From the human T2T-CHM13v2.0 reference genome, Homo sapiens, in assembly GCF_009914755.1 (NCBI RefSeq), contig NC_060943.1: a DNA stretch of 64,000 bases. One strand, given 5' to 3'. Made by a program: the position numbers and the translations under genes. Each line of letters opens with the position of its first letter. Within the stretch, counting starts at the first letter, position 1. Shown here piece by piece: positions 52,113 to 64,000 of this stretch. Below the pieces are notes generated by a model. It was given only the letters and a program-made list of their open reading frames with translations. It had not been told where the DNA came from and did no database searches.

Positions 52113-55100
52113 GTAAGAGTAAGCCCCTTGAAACATCAGGCATGTGTGGGTCAGGGCAGCATCTGTAATCTGCTGCCTAGGGGGTGGGGTCTCTCCCCAC
52201 TGTCACTCCACCCACCAGGGTCTCCAGGGTGCACAAGCTGACACAGCCTGAGGGAGCTAGGGTTGGGGAGTCCAAGTCTGCCTGTTGAAAGCTGCTATGC
52301 ACAGAGGCTTGTGACCCTGACTTGGCGGCATTGGTAGTGCAAGGTGGAGCTCCTGACCCACCTGCAGGGGACTAGGGCTTATTCAGAGCCAGCCCAGCCT
52401 GAGCCTGCCGGCAGCGGGCAGGGGAGTCTCACGTACCTTCAAGGTTCCTCTGGAGGGAGACTTAGGCCCGGCCCCTGCAGGGGGTCATTTGTGAGTGATA
52501 CTGAGTAGGTAAGTCTTGGGGGCATGGGGGTGGGTATTTAATCCTATTTTCTATTCCACCCCTGGGAAATTCACAAGGGGAGGGAAGAGGAGCTGTGGTG
52601 AGCTGCAGTGTGCCATCTTTGTCATTTTCCGTGGCCACTGCTGGGCCCTAGAGGCTAGCAGCAGGCTTCCCTTGGAGCTGGTGCTGCAGTGACTAGCTAG
52701 GAATGAATCACATACCTCATCAGTGGATAAAGGGTCTCTGGCCAGGACCCTGGTTGGGGGCTCACAGGCACCCTCCATGCTGCTGAACTTATAGGCTGCC
52801 CAGGCCCTTGGGCCTGCGAGAGGTTTGGGGTGCTGGGTGCTGCCAGCTCTCCTGCTCTTCCTTGCAGGGTGTTTCTCTCCTGGGTGAGGGACCTGCTTTC
52901 CCCGTTGGCACGGCAGCAGGGCTGACCCGAGTAGGGTGGGTCTTGAGCAGCTTGCTCAGCCGAGGATGTTTGCTCCTGGCACAGAGAGGCGGTCATCGCT
53001 CCCCTGGGGCTGCTGAAGGCTGAGCGTGGGAGGGCCAAGGCTGTGGGCATCACCCCTGTGTTATGCATTTGAAATAACAGGAGGAGTTAATTAATCCCCC
53101 AGATACTGAGGGATCATCTCTGGGGAGCATACACGGCAGGCTGCATTGTCACCGGTGTGGTTCCTCAGAGCAGGGAGGATGGTAGTGCGCAGAGGTGGCT
53201 TTCCAAGCCTGTTGGGGCTGCAGGGGAGCCTGTGCAGGTGCAGGCATGGTCCCTTGAGGAGGAAAAACTGGAAATGGGTGCAGTGTCTAGTTCCAAATTT
53301 GGAGAGTCTAGGGTACAGATGGTGACTGGTGTTCCAGTACCCCAGGTGGACAGAGACTCAGCCTGGGGCCCTGTGGCCTTGGGGCTTGTGGGGTGGGGAC
53401 AAGAGCCACGGGGCCAGGTCAGCAGTGTTGGCCTGTGTGCTCACTCACAGAGCCCTGTCTAGGATGGGAGATAGATTCTGCTTATTTAATTTCCATTTTG
53501 CCTTCTGCGGCATTTCTGAGTTGTTTGAGATAGATCATCCCTTAATCGGTTGACGACGTTTGTGAGTGAAATTCATAAAACCTTTGCCCACAACCCTCTC
53601 TGAAGAGTTTCCTGAAATCAGAGAGTTGCCTGTCTGGAGTAATCACAGCCCAGGCCCTGGGGGAGGCGGGTGGGAGAGGCTTCTCATTCTGGGCTCTTGG
53701 CTGCTGCCTGAGAGCAGGAGGGCAGGGGGCCATCTCCCCCCACCCAGCCCCACTGTGCTGCTCACCCATTGCTTTGTTCTGCTGTGGGATGTGCTCTCAT
53801 GGGGAGCTAGGGCCCCTGTGGCCCTGTGATCTGGCACTTGGGACCCTCCTGGTGTGCCCAAGGGGTGGCAGTCTATGTTTATTCTTCCCCAGGGCTGGGG
53901 CTCAAGGTGAATCTGTTGTTCTGCCTGGATGGCCTCTGGCTGCTGTGGGGGTGCTCTGTAGGCCTGAAGCTTTGGACTAGAGGCCAGGGATGGCTGACCT
54001 GCAGGACAATCAGGGGACAGGAGGCCAGGGGGCCTGAGAAGTGGGTCAGGCAGCTGTGCTGGCAAGAGCCCCTCAGATCTCTCTTGTCCTTCCTGTAGTG
54101 GATTATTATAATATAAGCAGTTTTCTACCAATTCTGGAAAAAATCAATCTCACCTAGTGTCACTGATCTAGGAGACACCTGGAGATGGAGGACTAAGAGT
54201 GCTGTGGTCCTCAGGGGGTTTCTGGATGGTGAAGATGACCTGCCCTAGGCAGCATTGTAAAAGCTGGGACCTCTACCCTCGGCTCCCCTGAGAACTCTGC
54301 CTGAGCCTCTGGGTCTCGGCGGTTGGGGTGGCCTGGGTGCTGGAGAGTCTCGTGCTGGGTGACTCCTCTGGTCTGCCTAGGAGCAGTCACTGGTCCTCAC
54401 CCGAGACAGCCAAGCACAGCCGGGGCTGGGAGTGGATTCCCTGGGCCGGCCCCCTTGCTGGTGTCCTGCCTGCTTGACCCCCGTTAGCTGCCGCCATCAC
54501 AGCCACACTCTGACATCCATCCTGACTATGGGAAGCATCAAATGAAGATGGCCAGGAGCTTCAGAACTCTTAAAACCTGGTGCCTGAAACAGCCAGGAAA
54601 TTGGAGCCAGAGCTTAAAAAAAAAAAGGAAATAAACGAGAAGACGAAGGCCATCCTGATGCTCCCCCTTGTGCACACAGGGCAGGTGGTTGGAGGCATCT
54701 TTTCTGCCCCTGAGGGTCCCACCTGCTGCAGCGTGAACTGGCCACCTCATTCCATGGAGGACTTCGGAAGCCGGCCCCTCAAACCCTGCATCCTCTCTCA
54801 GAGGGTGGCCTGGGCCATTTTCCACAGGGAACGTGGAGCCCCTGACAGAGCTGGGAACTCATACCTGCAGGGCTGAGAATGGCTGAGGGCTCCTCCATGG
54901 TGATTATCCTCACCTTTCCTCAACCTGCTCACGTCCTTGGCAGCCTCAGACGCTGAGGGCATGAAAGGCCTCTGTCCTGGGAGAGGCGGTACAGCTGCCG
55001 CTTGATCCAGGAGCCTATACTGAACCATGGAAAGATCTAGAATCAGCCTGTCCTGAAATAAGGCAGATGGAAAACCTTCTAAACTTGGACCGATGAGACA

Positions 55101-55699
55101 ACCTAGAACCCATCCAGCCCTGGAATGTGGGTGCATCAGGAGTCTTCTAGACCAACAGGACCAGCTAGAGCCTCAGCCAGACCTGACGTCAGAAGGGTTG
55201 GGAACTCAGCCAGGCCTAGAATGCTGCCTGCTTACATGGACTTTGGAGCTCCACTGGGAAGGGTGGGGAGAGTTCCCAGGGAGGCTGAGGGTTTGGATCT
55301 GCTGACTCACCTTGGATGTAGCTCTTACTTCCCACCGGTGCCACACATGGACCTCAGCCACCTGCCAACCACTGCCCATGGTATCTGGCAGCCTGGGACA
55401 GACCCATCTGTCTCCAGGAATGCTGGGTGGCCCTCACTCTGACATCTGGATGCCCACGCTCTACTAGGCCAGGTCCTAGGGCCTTTGTAACTGGAGCCAG
55501 CCGTGGAACCCACAGCCTTTCCAGCAGGGGCTGTGACCTGCAGTGCCATTGTCACCAGGCCTAGGGGGTTGACAGGGCTCATCGGCCTTTGGAGCTCTGA
55601 GATGAGTTGTATCTGGGTGGCTGCAGCTCTGGGTCCACAGACTCGGGCTCACAGCAGACTCTGACCTCCCCATGCCCATCCACGAGACAGCCTTGCCCT

Positions 55700-55992
55700 T
55701 TTCTTTCTTTCTTTTAAGCGACAGCGTTTGTCTTTCTTGGCCAGGCTGGAGTACGTGGTGTGATCTCGGCTCATTGCAACCTCAAACGCATGGACTCAAG
55801 TGATCCTCCCACCTCAGCCTCCCAAGTGGACTACAAGTGCATGCCACCATACCCAGCTAATTTTTAAATTTTTTGTAGAGATGGGGTCTTGCTGCGTTGC
55901 CTAGGCTGGTCTCGAACCCCTGGCCTCAAGCAGTCCTCCACCTTAGCTTCCCAAAGTGCTGGGATTACAGGTGTGAGCCACGGTGCCCAGCT
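55700..55992 (-). mobile_element. AluJ
   Basis: Antisense Alu consensus, diverged. Confidence 0.9.
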
Positions 55993-57424
55993 AAACCGTG
56001 CCCTTTATACTACCCTGCTAGGAGAGAAACCTGCACCGTGTTCCCAGAGACTCCATACCCGGGCAGACCATCATGGCTGATGCATTGAGTGTGCTGGGCC
56101 ATCAGAGCATAGGATGGTGTGGACGGGAGGCCCTGAGGGCAGACTTGGGGGCTCTGACTCCCTCAGCTCCTGCCCAGCTAGTGTGTCCTGGGTGCAAGTG
56201 GCAGTGGGGCAGGGCCCTGGAGACGGCTGACTTGGAGTGGACAGAGGAGTGGGCTGCTGTTAGAACAGGGGGCATCCCTGCAGGGGTCCCTGCTGGTGCA
56301 GGCAGAGAGTGAGGGGCTTAGGCTCCAGATTGTGTGCAGGCCGGGCTGGGAAGCCTAGGTCCCAAGTTGGAGCTACTGTTCTCCCAGCTGTGCAGAGAAG
56401 CTGCCACCTTGGCAGGGTCCAGCTGGGCAGGAGTGTGGCCCTGCCTGCTGAAGGATGTGGTGGTGCTGCCCTTGGGGAAATGATGCCAACTTCCCTCCTG
56501 TTCCCAAACCAAGCCCTTGGCTACTCCCACCCCTCTTTAGGGTTCCTAGTTATCCCTAGCTCGACCTGGGGTCTGCCAGGGCAGTTGCCAAACCAGAGCT
56601 GGCCACCCTGGGCACTGGGGAGGTGGTATCAGCCCTGGCTCTGAGGCCTGGCTCCTTCTCCCCGGAGTGGACAGGGACAGGCATCAGGGGCTCCCCAAGA
56701 CCCTTCTCCTGGTCTTGCATTTGTTAGAACCATTGCCCTTCAGAGGACAGGGTACCGGCACCTGCCTTCTCTCCAGTCCCCATCCGCCACCACTAGGTGT
56801 GGTGTGCATACGCTCTGGCATGTGTGCACATATGTATGCACTGTGGTGCATGTGTGTGCATGGTTTCTGTGTGCGTGTGTGTATGCCTGTGTTGTGGCAT
56901 GTGTGCAAGGGCCCTGTTGCATGTGTGTGCTGTGGCACACTTGCCATCCCTCCTGTCTGCCTCTGTTTCTCCCTGTGGGCTCCCTGAGTGAGCGGCAGTA
57001 GGGGATTTGTGCCGTCATGTCTCTGGGTGCCTGGTGTTGACAGGTGTGTGTCCTTTCCTGGATGTGTCTGGATCTGCATGATATGTGTGTGTTGGGAAGG
57101 AAGGGACCATGTGACCCTGTGCCTGTTGCACAGGCCTGTGTGTCTCACACTCGTTTACATGGGTTGGGTGGGGAGGATGTATGTCCTGGCTCGTTTACTG
57201 GGTGTGTGGCTGTTGGCCGGGGTGTTGGATGGTTCATGTGCATTTTCTGGGTGGGTCTATCTGGCAAGGGTGTGTGCACCAGGCCTGTGACCAGCTGGTT
57301 TGTGTGTAGGGGGTAAGGTGCCTGTGTCTTGCTATACCTTTCCAGGCCTGTAACATAACGTGTGTTGGCAGGCTGGTGTGTACAGCTGGGTGTGTCCCTC
57401 TCTGGCTGTGACTTGCGGGTGTAG

Positions 57425-57841
<417 letters not shown>

Positions 57842-58021
57842 TGACTTAATAAGTGGACCCCTGGTTGTCATGGTAACCATAAAAAGTTAAACGATGAAGC
57901 CGAGGGCTAAATCAGTTTTTCTAAACTAATTTTGTTTTCTCACATTTTTAGCTTATTTATCAGGGTATATAACAACAATCAAGCTGCAGAACGTATCCCA
58001 GCTGAACATTTGTCGTGTTTA

Positions 58022-58790
<769 letters not shown>

Positions 58791-59624
58791 TTAAACAAAA
58801 GGTTAACCCCCAGGTCTCCGGGTGAGCCCGTCAGGGCAGGTGACCTGGTTCCCTGGGTCATGCCTCAGTGCTGAGCCCCTCCCACATGTCAGGGACTCTG
58901 GGAGGAAGGAAACTCAGGCCTGGGGTACACTGGCATGTATTAATACTAGCAAATGTCTGTCCTTCCTTCCTTCATTCCTTCCTCTATCCAGAGGACCAGT
59001 AGCCCTGGGGCCTTGTCTTTCATCCAGCTCAGTTACTGAGTGCCAGCCTCTGAATTCAGGCTGAAAACAGTGAAACACACACACTAGGACCTGCCCCACA
59101 ACACTTAACAGTCTAGCGGGCAGACAGATACTGAACTTGAAGTCCATGTGACCTGGGCTGGGCGGGTTTGAAAGAAATGATGTTCATCTGGGTGGTGAAG
59201 GCAGAACGGGGCCAAACAGGTGTGAGGGCCTTGGTGCAGGGGATGGGGGTGGCAGATGGCTTGATGCATTCCAGAACTGGAAAGAAGGTGTCAAGCCTGG
59301 AGCTTTATGGACTGGGAGGGGAAGGTCAGGAAAGGAGGCTGCTGTTTGATGTCAGGACCTTGGTGGGTGGCCCAGTGCCTGGCATTTAACTCTGAATGCA
59401 GTGGAAGGGGTGTGTGCAGGGGAAGGGCAGTCAGATCTGCAAATTGGGAAGATCTCTCTGGCTGTTGGGTGGGGAAGAAGGCAGAGAGGGGTGGGGGTGG
59501 GTGCAGTGAGGCAATTATGGATGAGGCCCCTTCCCCAGGCCAAGGGAGGCTGGGTGGAGGCTTTGGATGGACCAGGATGGAGATAGAGAAGATGGAGCAA
59601 GGTGGCACATCAGACTTCTGTTTA

Positions 59625-60077
<453 letters not shown>

Positions 60078-60360
60078 TTAAGAGTAATTTATTTACTTTT
60101 CATAAGTAAATAAATAAACAAGCAAGCAAGCTGCAAAAGCACGTGGCTGTGGTAGTGTAAAGGGCCTCTTGCAGGTGCCCCGGGACTTGTGGCTTGAATT
60201 CTGAGTTGGTAAGTTGAGGCCCGGGGTGGACCAGGCTGTGGGAGTGGGGTTTCTGCCCCTGCATGGGAGAGCTGGTGGGGCATCAGATGGAGAAATCCTG
60301 GGCCATGACAAAAGATGGGGTTGTCTGTCATGCAGTTGTCATTTAAAATCTCAGGAGAAT

Positions 60361-60660
<300 letters not shown>

Positions 60661-61183
60661 CTCAGGAGCAAGTGAGAGTGGAGAGAGCAGAGGCCCAGGA
60701 TAGAGCCCTGAGGAGCCCTTGCATGGGGCAGGAGAGGCAGGATGGGCCACTGACCCATGACAGGCCCAGAGGTCAGGGTTAGAATCTAGGCCTCCCTCCA
60801 GGCGGCCAGCAGGTGGAAGGGACTTAGGGCCTGTAGGTCAGGGGGCTGGGCTTCCTTGCCTCTTCCTCAGGCATGAGTCATGGGGACCTATGGGACCTTG
60901 GCCATTCCCAGTGGGGTGGGTGTGTGTGAGCGTGTATAGTGTGCATATGTGGCCCAGGGCATGGGGCCAGTATCAGCGCCTGAGGGACAGTCTGTGCGAG
61001 GCTGCTTAGCCCAGAAGGGGGCTGCGTGGCAGGGGGCGGGCTTCCCCTCCCTGGACACTTTATCACACTCTGCCTGTTTGGGCAGGGGCTGGACCAGGCA
61101 CTTGGCACATCTTGCATCCTTTGATCCTCACTTTCATTCTCTGAGCTGGTTGTTTATGTCCATTTTATACATAAGGGAACTGA

Positions 61184-61480
61184 GGCCGGGCGCAGTGGCT
61201 CACGCCTTGGGAGGCCGAGGCAGGTGGATCACATGAGGGCAGGAGTTCAAGACCAGCCTGGCCAACATGGGAAAACCCCATCTCTACTAAAAACATAAAA
61301 GTTAGCCGGGTGTGGTGGCAGGCACCTGTAGTCCCAGCTACTCGGGAGGCTGAGGCACGAGAATTGTGGAGTTTGCTGTGAGCCAAAATCGAGCCACTGC
61401 ACTCCAGCCTGGGTGACAGAGAGAGTCTGTCTCAAAAAACAAAAACAAAAAAAAAAAACAAAAAAAAACGAAAAAAAAAC
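61184..61480 (+). mobile_element. AluS with two internal deletions, inserted in a MIR
   Basis: Alu consensus flanked by MIR-like ccattttatacataagggaactgagg / agaggctcag. Confidence 0.85.
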
Positions 61481-62017
61481 CAAGAGGCTCAGTTAGTGAG
61501 GTATAGAGGTTTAGAGGTCTCAGGGCAGGTTGATGATGAAGCTGAAAATCTGACCCAGGCAGGCTTGGCTGGAGAAGAACTTTTTTTGCTTCCGGGTAGG
61601 CTGTGAGCTCCTAGGCCCGGCTGCCCTGTGCCCAGCATGATCTCTTCTCTCGGTGGGATTCTAAGGCAGCAGCAGGTCCCCAGGCATAGGCACAGCCTCG
61701 TCCTTTAGTGGAGCTTCCAGGTCTTTCCATGGGGAGGCTTCACTGCCCAGTGCCTGGGGCCAGATGGAAGGGCTCAGGGGGGCTGGCACAGGTGCACATC
61801 AGCGGCTGCCCTTGGGACAAGGCTAGGTTCTTTATACTTGCAAACCACTCAGTTGCCCCATCTGTACAATGGGTGCAACCGGCCCAGTCCACACAATACC
61901 CTGCGAGTCGCAGTTCCTGCAGAATTGGTTGGAACCGGCAGGCCGCCTCCCCTCTCCCCCTTCCCCCACCACCCCTACTCCGACACCCACATCAACACCC
62001 TGTGCGCCTGTCCCCAG

Positions 62018-62323
62018 GACTTCAGTCTGCTGTACGAGGAGGCGCGCTACTATCAGCTCCAGCCCATGGTGCGCGAGCTGGAGCGCTGGCAGCAGGAGCA
62101 GGAGCAGCGGCGCCGCAGCCGGGCCTGTGACTGCCTGGTGGTGCGCGTCACGCCCGACTTGGGCGAGCGGATCGCACTCAGCGGCGAGAAGGCCCTCATC
62201 GAGGAGGTCTTCCCCGAGACCGGAGACGTCATGTGCAACTCCGTCAACGCCGGCTGGAACCAGGACCCCACGCACGTCATCCGCTTCCCGCTCAATGGCT
62301 ACTGCCGGCTCAACTCGGTACAG
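62018..62323 (+). CDS. KCTD15: KCTD15 coding exon: [15 protein letters not shown]...[13 protein letters not shown] (BTB end + C-terminal domain)
   Basis: Acceptor cctgtccccAG, donor CAG|gtgagg; 306 nt, phase 0/0. Confidence 0.98.
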
Positions 62324-62561
62324 GTGAGGGCTGCACGCTGCCCCCTCCCCGCCGCACCCCCGGCGTCCGCGGAGCCCTCCAGGGGCAGAGTGAGCTGGAG
62401 GGAGGCGCGATCCCTGAAACGGTGAAGCCCCCCGTGCCATCCTACAAAAAAGGCAACAATGTGTCGATGCATAATTTATGTCCCTCTCATAATTAAATGA
62501 TGGCGCCTGGGGGATGGACTTAAAAAAATCGATCTGTACTTTTTTTTTTTTTTTCCAAAAG

Positions 62562-62573
62562 GATGTTCTATAA
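62562..62573 (+). CDS. KCTD15: KCTD15 alternative terminal coding segment (DVL-stop) giving a 234-aa isoform
   Basis: T15 tract then ccaaaAG|GAT GTT CTA TAA; 231+3 = 234 aa, consistent with my recollection of a shorter annotated isoform. Confidence 0.7.
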   Translation, partial: DVL

Positions 62574-63560
62574 AAATGGCCCAGAGTATTTTCAACAAAG
62601 CGTGCTTCATTTGACACCCAGAGTCTGACTTTGGATTCGAACTAAACCCAGGCAACAGGCGAGGCAGGACAGAGGCTGAGTGGAAAGGTGGTCTGGAGCC
62701 CCTTCCCTCTCCCTGCTGACCTGGGAGTCGCAGGCACCCACCAGCTGCCAAGAGAATCCCTGGACCGGCTCTTCCTGGATGGGTCCAAGAATTGGACAGC
62801 TCAGATGGAGTGAGGGCCTATTTTCCAACAGCTCTTCGCAGACCCAAGAGCTTGGCACATTTCCGGGTTAGGGTGGAATGGGCTTTGCAGGGAAGAGGGC
62901 CCCCTGTGCACGCATTCCACAGCCTGTCGGTCAGAACTTGCTAGTTGCAGGAGACGGGTGTTACACGCAGTCATCAGACCTCACCCTCACAGAGGCACAA
63001 ACCCACATAGTTGTGGACGCCTGCAGAGACTCAAATATTGAGAGGACTTCTCCTTTTTCTCTCCCTCCAGAGCTCCCACGAGCTGATGCACCCCCAGGCT
63101 TCAAACCACCTGGAATGCACAGCTCAGGGAAGCTGGTGGATGCCTAGAGGCTGAAGGACAGGGAACTCTCCATTATTGGGGCAGGACTCAGGGAGGACAC
63201 TTGGGGCCATGTGTCTGGAGAGAGGGCATAGGTTACACCCTACAGAATAAAGAAGGGACCCAAAGCCTCTTTTTGCCTCCCGGAATCAAGGCCCTGAGGG
63301 CAGCAGGATGGTGGCCTGGGTGGGGTCGTCCAACTAGGTTTGCTAACCTGAGGGGTCACTGGGCCTGGCCACTTCTGTCCCTCTGGTGGTGGAACCCAGC
63401 ACGTGGTTCTGTAGGGACCTTTGTCAGTGAGCAAGACTGAGATCGTCACAGGAGAAGGTGCCCTTGCTGGCTGCCCCAGCAGGCACCCACCTCCCTGCCA
63501 GGCCAAGCCAGGTGTCCTCTTGCAGCTTGGCCTTGATGACCTCTGTTTCTTCCTGGGCAG

Positions 63561-63719
63561 GTCCTGGAGCGGCTGTTCCAGAGGGGTTTCAGCGTGGCTG
63601 CGTCCTGTGGGGGCGGTGTGGACTCCTCCCAGTTCAGCGAGTATGTGCTTTGCCGGGAGGAGCGGCGGCCGCAGCCCACCCCCACTGCTGTTCGAATCAA
63701 GCAGGAACCCCTGGACTAG
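63561..63719 (+). CDS. KCTD15: KCTD15 last coding exon: [52 protein letters not shown]-stop
   Basis: Acceptor ctgtttcttcctgggcAG. Total CDS 66+176+145+306+159 = 852 nt = 283 aa + stop. Contains SUMO consensus IKQE (K278). Confidence 0.97.
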   Translation, partial: VLERLFQRGFSVAASCGGGVDSSQFSEYVLCREERRPQPTPTAVRIKQEPLD

Positions 63720-64000
63720 GCCCTGCTTCAGTGCCCACCTGGGCCCCCCCAGGGACCTGGAAACAGTGCTGGGGAGTTCTGCCTGTGTATACTTGGCCGT
63801 GGGCATGAGACCGAGGGTGAGGCTGGAGGGTCCAAAGCTGGCCCAGCGAGCACCAGGGTCCCAGGTGTCATGGCAACAGAACGTGGGATGCTGGAGGCAT
63901 GCCTGCAGAAGGACTGTTGATGCGACCCAAAGATACAGCGGTGGGATCTCTGCTGCCAGCTCTCCCAGCCCCTCAGCTTCGCAGCCTGGCGCAGCATCCT
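63720..64000 (+). other. KCTD15: KCTD15 3' UTR (continues beyond window)
   Basis: Follows the TAG; no polyA signal seen before the window end. Confidence 0.85.

Overview
Human (primate) genomic DNA, recognisable as chr19q13.11. The first ~22 kb is the distal part of a large CHST8 intron. It is followed by the last two CHST8 exons (GalNAc-4-O-sulfotransferase 1; 22183-22220 and 22727-~24280). Next come ~23 kb of intergenic DNA with minisatellites, a small CpG island carrying CTCF-like motifs, a decayed ERVL pol segment with nested MaLR LTRs, and Alus. The window ends with the KCTD15 CpG-island promoter and its complete coding region (283 aa over 5 coding exons, plus an alternative acceptor giving a 234-aa form). 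Almost all of the supplied ORF track is spurious because the genes are spliced. I found no new protein-coding system, RNA gene or CRISPR-like array. The best leads are regulatory or structural. (1) A 3-codon, strong-Kozak uORF whose stop abuts the weak annotated KCTD15 ATG, predicting preferential initiation at Met27. (2) An RE1/CTCF motif pair in the CHST8 intron. (3) A divergent CTCF motif cluster between the genes. (4) A SOXE-dimer-like palindrome and a strong Z-DNA tract in KCTD15 intron 1. (5) A possible Alu 3' transduction. (6) A local templated duplication of ERVL integrase sequence. Splice junctions were read by hand. Gene identities and repeat subfamilies come from recall, and repeat boundaries are approximate.
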